Positions 24,882-39,900 of a stretch of 64,000 nt of DNA are shown in pieces. The translations under genes were made by a program, and so were the position numbers. The stretch lies in assembly GCA_964016885.1 (NCBI GenBank), contig OZ024747.1:52328001-52392000 (forward strand), in the 5' to 3' direction. The number at the start of each line of letters is the position of its first letter. Position 1 is the first letter of the stretch. This DNA is from Eledone cirrhosa (taxonomy: Eukaryota). Under the pieces are notes generated by a model. The model worked only from the letters and a program-made list of their open reading frames with translations, did not search any database and was not told where the DNA came from.

Positions 24882-26026
24882 CACATAAAGAGAGGGTCTT
24901 TCAGTCAAATTAATCCAAATAGTGTCACTTACAGATAGATAGAAAGATGATGATGATATTAATGATGATGTAAGATACAAGAGAAAATATATTATTTCAT
25001 AAATAAAAGTGAAAATGAACAAAAACAAAAGGAAAATTAAAATAAAGGCCAGTTCACTGTAAAAATCCTGCCTACCCCCACAAAAAAAAAATCATGCAAA
25101 AAAAAAAGTAAAAATCAAAAGTAAAAGGTAAATCTGATCTTATTTAAACTAATACAAACAATGAAAAAAAAAACAGGAATGTTTGGAGAATTGAAGTACT
25201 TTGGAGTAATAGAAGTAGGAAACAAAGGAGAGGAGAAAATCAGAGACAAAAGTGGGATGGGGGAATTCTTTGAAAATGATCCAAACTTTCTGGGAGAATA
25301 CCAGATAATAAATTATCCAATGATGATAACAAAATCTGGCCTGGGTTAGGGCTAGGGGTATCAGAAGTATAAGCATGATTTGTCAGGTTTTTTTTTAATA
25401 TTAACCTTTTTTTGGATATATACACATATATATTCTATTTTTTTTTTATTTCATAATATTAACATTTTTCAACAACTTTGTAGAAATAAAAAATAAATTC
25501 AAACATTGGCAGGGAATGTCAAACATGCTTATGATACGTATTTTCTGCTGTCAGTTCGCTCAAAGTACCAAAAATTTTCCAGGTTAGGGGGTTTGGGAGG
25601 TTGAAGGGTTGGGTTTTGGTTGTGGTGAAATTAAAATTCACAAAAGTTAAAAAAAAATAAATAACCACTGCGCAAAGCAATATAGCATTTGACAAAAACC
25701 GAAATCAAACAAAGGAGAAGATAAATGTAGAGAGGGAGGATGGAGTGATAATAGCTGTAAAACTTTAAAAAGAAAAGCTATTACAAAAGAATCATATACA
25801 CCTAACATTTTCAGATGATACAGCATCATCTTGGAGTAAAATGGAAAGAAAACTAGCAAGAGAAGGGAAACTATGGAATATCTGAATACATTCAAAATAG
25901 CATTTGCTGCTCACTTACTTACAAGTTACAATGTAGAATTCTATAGAGTATTGTCATGAAATATATATATATAAAGGGAAAAATGTTCTTCTCCCCTTTG
26001 TCCCATATTTCCAGAGCATTGAAGTC

Positions 26027-26066
<40 letters not shown>

Positions 26067-26668
26067 ATTTATATATATATATATATATGAAGTAATGTCA
26101 CAAATCTGGAAATGTATTTGGAATAGTATAATAAAAAAGGACCCTCCAAAATTGAAGCAAACAAAGAGGAGGGAGGAGAAGGAGGAGGGGCTGAGGAGAG
26201 GGTGGGAACAAAAATGAAAAATTTGAAATTAAAAAAATAAAAGGAAATACAAATAAACAAATAAATAACAGGACTTGTTTGACTCTTTCTGAACTGAACT
26301 GCTGCAATCTTCTCCCCCACACCACCATTGCTTCCCCAAGTTCAACTGTGTGTAATATTTATAACAACTTTTTAGACTGTCCACCATATTTGTTCTCAGA
26401 AATTTACATCATACATACACACACAAGCCTAGACAACTAATCAAAATGCTGTGTGGGGTGAGGTGGACAGCCGAATAAGGGCATGGCATGAAGGAGAGAG
26501 GGGGGAGGGGGAGAGAGATAGAAAGAGATTGCAGCATGGATTTCGGGAGTCAAACTTGATTTGTCTCTAATCTAACATGTGACAAAATAATAATAATAAT
26601 AATAATAATAAAAATAAAAAATAAACACATCTATATATCTAGAGATATATACAAATATACACATATAC

Positions 26669-26715
<47 letters not shown>

Positions 26716-27154
26716 CATATATATAGTACACAAATACACGCAAACACACACAGAGATAAGATGGAGATATGAGATATAATTTATACAACAGAGTTTATAT
26801 AGTAACTGAATAAACAAAAATAAAAAAAAAAAAAAAGAATCAAAATCCTCACTTGGCTATCAAGGACTGTATGTGTGTGAAGTATCAAAAATAAGCCAAC
26901 CTCTGCTGAAGAATTTTGTCTTTTATGATTTTTATTTCATTTTTTCGTTTTTATTATTATTATCCCATCTCTCTATGTTTAACAACTTTTTGTATTCAAA
27001 TAGGCCCAAAGAGTGATTAAAAAGCACACAAGGTAATTAATTACAGCGGATTATCTCCTTTTTTATTGGTTTTTATTTGGTGTGTTTTGCATGTATTATT
27101 ATCATCATCATCATGATCATCATAATATCAAATATGTAGAGAAATATGTGTCTA

Positions 27155-27222
<68 letters not shown>

Positions 27223-27830
27223 TACATACAATATTGTGTGTGTCAACTTAGAAATTAGATGTTGAGTATTTTGTAATGAAAGTGTAATAACTAGAAGAAG
27301 AAGATTAACAATGCAATGAAAAGAGATTGCAAACTCCTAGGACAGGCAGATAGAGAATATAATAGTAATGAAGAGTATATATATATATATATTATGCATG
27401 ACAACTTAAAGTCCTGACATTATTCCTAGTCTAAGACTGATCTTAATAAAAGAGTTCTATAACCAAAAATATGTTTCTTTCCCTCTTGTTCAGGTGTCAA
27501 GCAGATATTATTAGCATTATAATCCCAGCAGTCATCATAAATCGCAATACATATATTTCCATTTGTTTATTTTTTTTAAGAAACAAAGGTATAAGTGTGT
27601 TGGAAATATCTATACCGCTTACATGTATACGACTTGTAAAAATATACGCTATTTTTAAGAAGATCTTTGTGAAGAGGAGGGTAGGTCAAGCAGCTAAGTA
27701 CACATAGAATGTATATAATAATGAAATTAAAAGTCAAATAAGGTACATATACACAATTCATTCTATACCTTTGAATTTTAATTTAATAGAGAGAGAGATA
27801 GAGCGAGAGAGAGAGAGAGAGAGATAGAGC

Positions 27831-27862
<32 letters not shown>

Positions 27863-30800
27863 TAGAGCGAGAGAGAGAGAGAGAGAGAGATGTAGTTTTC
27901 TAGAAATTGTTGCATGTATCGCTGTTGTTATCAACTGATATTCAAATATAGACACTGCATTCTATAAATTTTATTTCTAAACAAATGTTAACAGATTAAC
28001 TAGCTTCTAATTTAGACACAAGGCCAGCAATTTTGGTACAAGGAAAAAGTCAGTTGACATAACTATAAGTGGTACTTTATTAACCCACGAAAGAATTACC
28101 TAGGTGGTATTGAAACAGATCAAATTCTGTAGGCATAAGTCCAGCAATTTTAATGAGGGAAAAAGTTGTTTAAATCAACCCCAGTACTAGGCTGGTACTT
28201 TATCATTACTTAGTAAAAAGTAAATATAAAATAAATATTTTCAAGTTGCTAAAAAATATTTGAAATAAATGTGCATAGCCTTGTTATGAAAATAACACAA
28301 CATAATTAGCATATATCATATTTAAAATAACTCGAATTTAATTATATAAAGATGAAGTGATATTTTATTATAGGAAAATACTTTTCTTTTTTTTTTGCTG
28401 GAGCAGCAATTCCAGAGTTTCAAATATTGACCGAGAAATCACCAAGATTTCATTAATAAAATAATACAAACACAAACCTTCTGAGTAATAATAATAATAG
28501 TTATAATGGTTTCTAATTTAGGTACAAAAGCAGCAATCAGGGGAGGAAGAGTGAAGTCAGTTGAATCAACCCTATTTTGTCCAATGCTATACTCTACCAA
28601 TATGGAAAATCAAACAACAATAATAATAATAATAATAATGAAGAGAATTTAAGGGAAAAATGACTGGATGGTTTGAGAGACAATTGTATTAGTTAGTAAT
28701 GACTGCAAGTTTTATTACAGTATGAACCGTTTGGTTAAAAGAAAGAGACCCTCTTTGGAAATAAGTTGGAGTTACTGTTTATCATAAGTCAATATTAGTT
28801 TTAGTATTGGTTTTACAGCAGTGAATACATGCACCAAAATACACACACACACACACACACAGTTAGACATATTTAGAGAAACAGGAGTGAAATGATGAAA
28901 ATAGGCAAAACCATGCAAGAGAGAATACTTAAGAGGAACTGAAAGAGATATTTGAGGCAATGAGATGCAACACAGGAATTATGAGGGGCTCAACAAATGA
29001 ATTTAACAAAACTTCAGAGAGAGTTATATAGAGACAACAGAGTTGGTGGGCTGACTGAGAGATGGGAGCCATGCAGTGTTGTTATTTATAGTTTTTAAGC
29101 TAACATGACAGCACATCTCTACTAATAATAATATATATCTAAAATACAATGACTAGTTTCAGTAAATACTTTTCTGTTTTTTTTTTTGTTTGTTTTTTTT
29201 TTCTTCAGCAAATGGGATGTCAAGAAAAATCCTAAGAATTGTCTTAGAAACAGGGTAGTTTTATGAGGTAGAAAGTTATTGGGGTATCAATTCAAATAAA
29301 TACATCTTTTTAAATATGCCTGAGTCCATAACGACAAAGCATTCAGAGATTTTCTTGTGTCTTTCTTAAAAATCATTAATAACATTATTATTATTATTAT
29401 TATTATTATTATACTATTGAAGTGGGTCTGATGCTGTTGTCAACAGAAGTATGGTATAAATTGTTGATCTGACTCACATTGAACATGTGTGCATGGCTTA
29501 AATTATTATTATGCTTGTTCACAAATGTGTGTGGTGTTTGTGTGTGTATGTATGCATGTATGTGTGTGTATACACAAGTACACACACAGACAAACATAGA
29601 TAAACAGAGTCTACTATCTTGATATACATAGGAAAACATTTGTGAAAAATATCCGATTTGTTTACTGAAATGAAAAGATATGTCGAAAGTTTGGTATATT
29701 CCTTGAGAGTGAACTGTAGGAAATTAGAGTTGCTTGGTGAAGTTGATTGTTTATATGTGTAAATCATTGAGAAGTCATCATAGAACCTAGTCACACTGCT
29801 GTGCCAGAAGCAACACTAAATGTTCTGTGTCATTGAAACAATCTATCTTTTACTATGTCATGGCCAGAATCATTTGTATGTGAATCTTTCTTCACAATCA
29901 AATTCTAAATATGTTAACAGACACAAAGCCTCTAGTTAGCAGTTTAAGGCATGGAGAATTGTGCTAGGTTTATTTTTAAGTTGTTGATCTTTCAAGACAG
30001 TTAACAGAATGGTTATTGGTAAATCCCCTAACCCACTGGATCACAGTGGAACCACCACAATATGTCATTGCCTTCATGTTTTATATCTTGGACAAATTAG
30101 CTTGCTTGAGCCTATCCTTCTCCGAGCTGCAGTTCTAAAATATCAAGAGTATTACTTAATAAAAGAAAACAGAATTGTGATGTGTATGCCTTTCCTCGCA
30201 TAAATCTGACACACATGTGTATAGCAAGTAACACTCACAGGCAAATATATTCTGTCAAAGCACCACCTTTTCCAATTGGCTATTCTGCTTTTCAATAATA
30301 ATGATGATGATGATGATGATAATAGTAATATTATTTATCATCATTTGATTGAAGTACCAGAAAAAGGAATGTTTTAATCTTTGTAATAAACTCTTTTAAA
30401 ATGTATGTAATCAGGATACAATTAGGTTTTATTCCACTCCTTCAGCAAACAGATTTCTACTTCTGTCTTTTAAAATATATAAAGAATGAAATCTGATGGC
30501 GTAACGCCTAACATACCATATAAGGAAATGTGGAAGAAACCGTACCTTCCTTTACTGGTCATTACCAAATTAAAGAGAAACAGAAAGCATGGAACCATAT
30601 TTAGGTATAGGGGAACAGACATGAACAACTAAGATCTGTCTAAAAAGAATCATCAAAAGAAAATGTATTCATACTAATTCCTTTTGTGACACTATTTCTA
30701 ATGAAATACACAATATTTCAGTTAATTACTGATGAATTTTGAGAGATTTACTAAAATCATTAATTATTTCATTATTACTAAGATAGTATTTAACATATGG

Positions 30801-31103
30801 CTCTTATAAAAAAATATGTTAAAAGATTTTAATTTAAACAAACCCATTAAAATGGTTTTGTTTTATTGAACCAGAACTGGTTCTGGCTGGGTTGGTATCA
30901 AAATTGCTAAGGAAATTGTCTTCATGTTGTCTATAATTAAGAACTAGTATGTTTATTCTAAGATGTTTTAATGAGATAAATTATGTACAGTATATATACA
31001 TATCTGTATATAGACTATACCATACAGATTTATTCTGCATGTATACTCAATCAATAGATACAAGCAGTATGATCAGGTACAGTAAGAACTCATAATCTAT
31101 CTA

Positions 31104-31154
<51 letters not shown>

Positions 31155-32652
31155 TTTTGTGTACACATAAAAATATACCGCTGAAACTGATATTCTGTCA
31201 ATATCCTATTAACAAAAGCAGTTCCTTAAGATTAACAATAGAAATAATAATAATGTGAGAGAGAGAGGAGAGTGTGTAGCCAAAGCAACAAAACTGAAAT
31301 GAAGGGATCAGAAAGGTAAGAGGAGGAGGAGAGGGTAAACTGCAAAAATAAAATAAAATATAAACTCGGCCTAGACGTATTTTGGCTGTCAAACAAAACT
31401 GCTTGATGGAGGAACAGATGGATTGAAAGTATTCTATTAATGTCACAGCACACACACCAAACTACATAATTAAACAGGTAAGGAAAGACTAGCATGCTAG
31501 AGAGAAAGAGAGAGAGAGCACGAAAGGGGGTAGGAACGGGGGAGAGGGTAATTGTGTGAGAAAAAGAAAGACATTGCAAGGAAAAATAATTAAGGATGAA
31601 AATATAAATAAAAATAAAACCCACACAATAAAAAAAAACTTGAGGGAGGGGGTTATATTTTAGTAATTTGTCCAACAATAAAGCTAGGCAGGATATGAGA
31701 CACACTCCCATAGCAGGCCTTAATTTGAGAAGTGTATGCGTGAGTATATATATATATATATATATACGTGTATGTGTGAGAGTCTTTGTATGTGTAATTT
31801 GTCTAATAAAGGATATTGTTTGCTATGATGATGTTTGGTAAAAGTGAGAAGAAAGCCACAAAATTATGGTCGAAGTCTAGCTAAGTGAATCAACTCTAGT
31901 CATACAACCATACTGGCACTTATATAATTTATTTTACCGACTCTGATAGGATGAAGGACCGAGTCAAATAATTCGGCGGGATTTTAAAAGTGAGAGTATA
32001 TAATAAAGAGATACTTAAATAAAAACAAAAGACTATAGTCCAGCAAAACTAACTATTATACCACTCAATGCTCCCCATTAAAATTAATGATTTAATTTTT
32101 GTCTTCTCAAAATTAAAAAAAAGTGACTAAGATGATTTTTTAAAATTACTCCACCCATTTCCCATTATTTAAAAATTAAAACTTCTCTTTTCCTCATCTT
32201 TCTCTGCTTGCCATTGTTATTTTGACAGTAGCTAAACAGTTGGGCAGCTGAACAACATTACCTACTATGTGAAACACTTAAAAGGTATTGTGAAAACCTC
32301 CAAACAACAGGGGCTTTCTCAACATTATAATATATAAGTTAGCAATGCAACTTAAATTGTTAACCCCTTGCCAGAAAGGGAGGAGAGGGCATAAGATTGT
32401 AAATTATTATTATTATTATCTAATGTTGTATTTTGGTGGAGTGGTTTCTATTGTATTTTGCTATTTTGTATTTTGTTTTTAAGAACTTCAAGCTGCCATG
32501 AACATTTTCTTAGTAAAGGCTGACACTTAAGGAGAGATTTGCAAAAAAAACAAAAAAAAAAAACAACCTCTACTTCTGATGCAGAAGAGAATTTACTACA
32601 TATCATTCAAGCAATGTCCTAACATATTCTTGGGAAATAATGTTCGTAAAAC

Positions 32653-32685
<33 letters not shown>

Positions 32686-33782
32686 TGCTTTTACTTACTT
32701 CTGATGGTTCAGTTTCTTTTTCTATTAAGTTTTGAGGTTTCTCTTTTATCATTCTTTTATTTTACACTATGCAATAGTAATGATGATGACAAAAAGATAG
32801 ATGATGACAATGATGATGATGATGACAATGATGATTATGATGATTATAATATTATGAAACACCCAGTAGTAACACACACACACACACACACCTATTGCCA
32901 CACAAGCCCATAATCTTCATGACACAAAAATAAATAACAACTCACTTCAACTCATGAAGTTTTTCAACAGGGGGACAGGGTGTATATATATATAAATATA
33001 TATACACACACACACGTATATATATATACACATACATATATATATAGTGCCAAAAAGAATAATTTTCAACCAAATCTGTTTTTTTTTTATATATTTATAA
33101 AAAAATTATAATAATAATGAACATAAAAATATAAAACAATGATTTCCTTTCCAGAAGAATCCACTCACTAGAACATGAGGCATTTTAAAGGTGGAAAGGT
33201 AGGGGAGATCAACCATTTCACAGTACATCAGTGAACCCCTTAAAGAGTGAAAGATAGAGATAGATAAGGTGCGAGAATGAGAAAGGGAGACTGGTATATG
33301 ACCCTTATCTCATTTCAGCTAGATCCAGCCAGAGGTGCTATTTTTCTCCTAAGCCCTCTACTGAAAACAGCTGAATTCTCTTGAAGCTAAAAGAGAATAT
33401 ATAAGGAGAAATCAGGGGTAAATCAGGGCTTGTAGTTCCAAATAAGAGCTATATAAGCCTCCATTGATAAAATGTAAGTTGGTTAGCGAGGTTTCTCCAT
33501 ACAATGTCATCACAGTATTCTGCTTATGGGCTTGGTACAAGTTGGTAGAGAACAAATATACACACTTTTAATTATTAAAAAAAATAAAATAAATACAATA
33601 CAAAAAAAAAATGTTTCTGTTCTGGTATGGTTTTGTAGTAGTTTTAGTAGTTATAGTGTTTGTTTTGTGTTGTTTATTTTTACATATACATTAAAATCTG
33701 ACATACAGCAGGTTTTCATTAATTCTCCAACTGAATGTAAGGGAGGGGGCCAATGAAAGAATATGCATGTGTAGGTATATAC

Positions 33783-33813
<31 letters not shown>

Positions 33814-34299
33814 TATATATATAGATATATATATATATATAGATATATATATATATATATGATAATGATGGAGTCTCCCACTGAGAACAACATAGCAAGT
33901 GACCAGTTGTTTGGTCAATTGAATGGCTTTACTTTAACGTGCAGACTGAGCTGAGTATTTCCAGACACGTAATAAAATGTATACCCTCAACATAATTCTC
34001 CAGTGGCATCAGTACGGTACTGTGTGACATGGTTGCACCATTGAATTCACAGGTACAGTCCATCTGGTGGGCTTCCACACAGTTTTGGAACATATTGAGG
34101 AAAAAAAAATGTTAACCCTCCTTGATTCATGTTGAAACATTTACACCATTTCATAGCACAAAGTTGAGAACAAAAATATAAAAAGAAAAGAAAGTAAATG
34201 TTTACACACACACACAAACATTTTACTTAGGTGGGGATCAGTTACAATAAACTTGAAATTCATGTAGTTTAAGTAACCAATTATATATATGGTTGAGAT

Positions 34300-34330
<31 letters not shown>

Positions 34331-34818
34331 AATATATACATATATATACATATATATATACACATAAATATATATATAATCCCCATGAATGCAGAATTGG
34401 TTGCAAAAGGAGACAAAGGGGGAGGTAAGAGTTAACAGCAGCTATTGGTAATAATTTTAGTAGTAAAACTAGTCTGATAATATTAATATTATTTAAAAGT
34501 TAAGTCAAACCCTTACAACAAACATTTCTTTTTCTTTTTAAGAAAAAATAAAACCAATGCAAAAATAGGGTAACACAAACAAGGTATAGAAATAGTTGGA
34601 GATAACATTTTTTGGGAAAAAATAATAATGAGAAGTTGATTAGAGGGAAGGAGGGCAGGAGAAGAGTTATTAAATAAATTAAAAATGTAATTTAAAAAAA
34701 GGGGCGACTGAAATAAAATGAAAAATAAATAAAATAGATATAAAATAAAGACAAGTCTGTGGCAGGATTGGCTGCAGATAGCATATAGCAGGAGGGGAAA
34801 AAACTAAAATATGACATG

Positions 34819-34893
<75 letters not shown>

Positions 34894-36825
34894 AGTACGT
34901 ATGTATGAATATATATGTATATGTATGAATATATATGTATACGTATATATATATTTATGTATGTATATATATATATATACACACATAAATGTATGTTGTG
35001 TAAGACACCATCTAAAAAAAGAAAAAAAATGTTTAAAAAGTTAAAAAATAAAATAAAACAAAGGAAAACTGGAAAAAATCCAATAATTATGTTTGTTTTT
35101 TTTTTAAAGTTTTGGGAAATTTTTTTTCACAACAAAAAATTTAAAACTTATCCAACAATCCTGGGTATATTATTTTCCTTTCTTTTTTCTTGTTTTTCTT
35201 TTCATTTTTCGAGTGTAGGGGGAGGATAGAGGGGAGGTTTGGTTGGGTTGGGTGGGGGCGTTGATTATTTTGGTATATTATTGTTAATGTTATTTTATTA
35301 TTATTAATTTTTTTGTTTTGTTTTATCTGTGATGGCAAACTCTCACTCATGTCAAACACACTTAATTTAAAGATCACAATACTGCCATATAAAGAGAATC
35401 ACACACAAAAAGAAAAACCAATTCAAAGATAAGCTCACAAAAATATCATATACTTATATAGTATTTTTTCTCTCAACTTTTTTTTCTCTAAATGATGTTT
35501 CTTTTCTGGGGGTTTAAGAAGTGTTATTTTATTTTTTGAAATATTAATTTTTTTTTTTGTTGAAGTATGTCTTTTTTTTTCTTCTTTATAGTTTTGTTCC
35601 ATTTTTGTTATTTTCATTCTTTTCCTTTTTTTTAAATTTTTTCAAATTTTTTACCTTAGGTAGTAGATAGATAGAAGTTTCCTCTTTCAAGACCATTCTG
35701 TGGCAAATCGCAGTGCGCATTTCCTCAAAGATAGAGGTATAGACACATATATAAAAATAGTGCAGATGCCATACAAATCTGGCCGTTATTAATTATATAT
35801 ATATATATATATATTTTTTTTTTAAAACTCCCATTGCTTGATAAACCAGGAATAAATTCCACTATATGTGGCATCTGCCTTTGCTCTACAGTTGTGGATG
35901 ATAAAATTGTATTTTATTTTATTTATATTTAATTTAATTTCACTTTATATTTGGGGTGTTGTACGTAGTTGGTGAGGCAGAGATAAGAATTTTCTTTGGA
36001 AACTTAATATTTTGCTTGTCTGTTGTGTTTAAGTGTAGTAGTAGTAGTAGTAGTAGTGTTGTTGTTGCTGTTGGTTTTATTGTTGTTAGTGTTGTTGTTT
36101 TGGAAAAAAAAGGCAGAGCAAGAGAAGAAGAAAGATAAGCTAATATATATCCTTATATCTTTTCTTTTTTTTTTTAATAAATGGAATTACAGAACTACAG
36201 AATACCAGAATACTGAGATTCAATTCATGACCTAAGAATATATCATACAAGTGGTTGTCTTGCTGCCATCTAAGAAACAACCACATTTTTGTTTTGTGTA
36301 CTGTATACTTTATACATACACACAGCCTATACACACACATATATATATATAATATACAAACATATATATATACATATGTATGTTTGTGTGTATGTTTATT
36401 TTCTTGATCTTTCAACTCTGCTCCTAATTCTCCAAAATCTTATTTTTATTTTTATTTATCATATCTTATAAAAACAAATCCTGCATATAGATCAAGACAA
36501 ATGCAAATGTTGAGGTGGGTGAGAAATTGCACATAAAACTTTTTTTTTTTTCAAATTTATTTTATACACTCTTTTCAAAAAGCAACCAGCTGAAGTTCTA
36601 ATACTGCTAAATTAGACATACACTATTCCGTTAGTTTCCAGTAATATTCTCTCTTGCCTCAGGTAAACACTCTGTAGGAGTTTAAGACAATTCTTCCTGT
36701 TATGACTGAATTTTCCCTACTGAAGAATATCAGTAGATAAAACTAATAAACATGTATGTATACTTGTATACATGTGGGAGTGTGTGGATGGGATGTGTGT
36801 GTTAAAGAACTTTTGGTGAGTGTGA

Positions 36826-36969
<144 letters not shown>

Positions 36970-39900
36970 TTAAGGCTCAGCCGGTACCAAGGTAAGAGTC
37001 AGAGTAACAGGTTCCGTCACACGCTGACGCACCGGCATGTGTACGACAGAGGGAATAAAGTTTGTATCCACTAAACTGTTTTCTAAATGAAATGCTTGCA
37101 TAATAAAAGGAGTTTGCGACTTGCTGTCGTCACTTCTACAACCATAACCCTCATTTTCATCAGTGGAATCCATGTCACAGTTGTTGATACTGCTATTGTT
37201 GTTATTGTTGTTGATATTGTTGTTGTCATCATCGGCCTCATCACTACCGACACAATGTGTTGCTTCAGCTGTTGAAGGCATTTGCTCCTCATCAGGATAA
37301 TTACTGAGGTTGTTATGAGGTTGAGGTGGTGAAGATGAATTGGCTTCTTTTAAACCTTCATCAATATCTTCAGGAGGCATTGAAGAAGGTGACATTTTTG
37401 GCCCATGGTTAAAGGCCATATGTTTTTGCAACAGTTTTGCAAAGCTGCATGTAAATTCACACTGTCTACAAGAGTAGAATCCATTATCTCCTGATGGCTC
37501 AGCATCTGATGTCAACTTTGATTTTTTAACATGTACTTCCCTAATATGCATCTGACATGCTTTCTTACTCAAATACTTAATGCCACATTTGGCGCACTTG
37601 AACTTTTTGATACGATTGCCTTTTGGTCGAGGTCGGGATTCTTTCATATCATTTGCGTGATATTCTGTGATATGGCGGATGAGAGAATGTTCATAAAGGA
37701 ATGATTTAAGGCAGGTTTTGCAGGTGAACCTCCCAACAGTGCCCTTAATAATGCTATGTTTGCGTTCTTCATGAGAATATATATTTGAAAGCCACCTTGT
37801 TTTGTAATCACAGTGAACACAACTGTATAGCTTTGGTTTGCCGCCACGGGAGTACTTCCTTCGTAAGCTATTTCCCCAGCTGAGGCTGTTATGCAAAGGA
37901 CCACCAAAGTGATGTGGTGGTGAAAAATCAGGTTTTGCACTTACCTCAGCTTTGTGATCATTCAAAACATGCATCTGAAGGCTAATACTATTTGGAAATA
38001 CTTTGAAACAGAACTGGCACATCTGAGCTTCTAAAGGTACATATTTGTTGTCTGAAGGTAAAGATACCCCATGGTCTTTTAAAACATGAGCATGTAGCCA
38101 CTTTTCATTTTTAAATCGTCGGTCACACAGTTTGCAAACTTCAGTGAAATGGTTGTAATACCTATTGTTAACAGGGGTATCATCAAGCTGTTCTGTTTTG
38201 ATTTTCACCTCATCTGGATTTTGTTGCTGCTGGGACAATAATTTGGAATCAGGGTTTGCGAGGCATGAATCTGACAAGCTGTTTGGTAAAATAGAAAAGC
38301 CGTTGGACAGCTTTTCAGTTTGACTTCCAGGGGAGGCATTGCCAATGCTACCGATGTCCACAGGAGAAGACCGCATGGAAGGGCTTGGAGTAATTTTCTG
38401 CTCCTCGGGGGTTGGTAAGATTCCATGCTTGTTCAGCTTATGAGTTCGTAAGAAATACTTGTTGCACAACTCCTTGTTACAGATGTCACAAATCACACGA
38501 GAAGAATTCACTGGTTCTTTCCATCGCCATGTATGTTTTTCAAAGCTTTCATTGAATTGAAAACCATCCATGCTCATACTCATACTAACAGCCAAATTGT
38601 TTATCAGTTTTTTATTTGGTTGTGGTAACTGCATCTTATCAATGGTTTTACTGTCACTCCTATCTGACTTGATGCCATGAATGTTCAATTTATGGGTACG
38701 GAGGAAATATTTACTGCACAGTTCTTTTTTGCAGATTTCACAATATGCTTCCGGGTCAATACCCATCTTCACCAATTCATGGTGGTCAGGTTTCTCAATG
38801 TTACTCATCGGGGTCATAAACTCTTTGCCGTTCATATCAACTTTCTGCATCTCTAATAAGGCTAGCTCTTTTGCTTGATCTCTAATAATATCACGTATGT
38901 ATTCCTTCTGATTATCTTTAAAGAAATTCAGCTTAGGAGAAGATGACTTCCCCTCACTCTGTTTGTTCTCCTTCTCGGCAGACATGATATCAATTCCATG
39001 TACTTTTAGCTTGTGGTTCTTAAGAAAATACTTATTGCACAACTCTTTGCTACAGATGTCGCAGGTGACGCGATCCGCAAGCTTTGCTGCAATCATGTTT
39101 CCAAAGAGTGTGGGCATTCCGCTGCTGTCAGTGACACTGTTTCCATTCCTCATGTCGCTGCCAACGAATCCAGGCATGGATTTAATCCGTGCTGACATGT
39201 CACCTGGTAACTGACCATCCAGCGGATGGCTCTTCGAAGGTGTTTCATGAAAGACACCATGCACGTTCATGCGATGAATGCGGTAGCTGTATTTGCTTGA
39301 GAATTCTCTGTTACAGATGTTGCAGTAAGTGACATAGCACTCACTGTTGGAATTTGAAAGAATGTTCTGGGACAGGCCCACCACAGAGCTGGTCATGCTG
39401 GACTGGGACACATTAACACCAGTACTTGTCAAGAGATTTTGAGGAGTATCATTTATTCCAGATCCCTTCATAAGTGCTAGATTCTTGAGAACAGAAGGAT
39501 CTTTCAGGTTTGTATGATCCTTGATTAAACTACCAGCTTCTTTGGAAGCGAGAATTTGCTCTTTCATCTGTTCTGCATCTTTCATTCCCATGTCTATTGC
39601 TTTCATGACAAGAGGCATTCCTTGCTCCTGAGATACACGCCCAGACACTGCATCTTCTTTTCCTGGCTCTCTTAGAAGTCCTGGCTCCTGTTTCACATCA
39701 GGATGGTCAGGGTCAATGGATAATCTGGACGAAATTTGAGGTTGCTGTAGTTGTGGCTTCATCTCGTCAGTATAAATATTATGCATATTGGCTTTGTGGA
39801 TCTTTAGGAAATATTTATTGCAGAACTCTTTACGGCAAATCTCACAGTATGCTTCTGCATTTAAAACCCCAATACTACGAAGTGCATCACTTGCAATGGG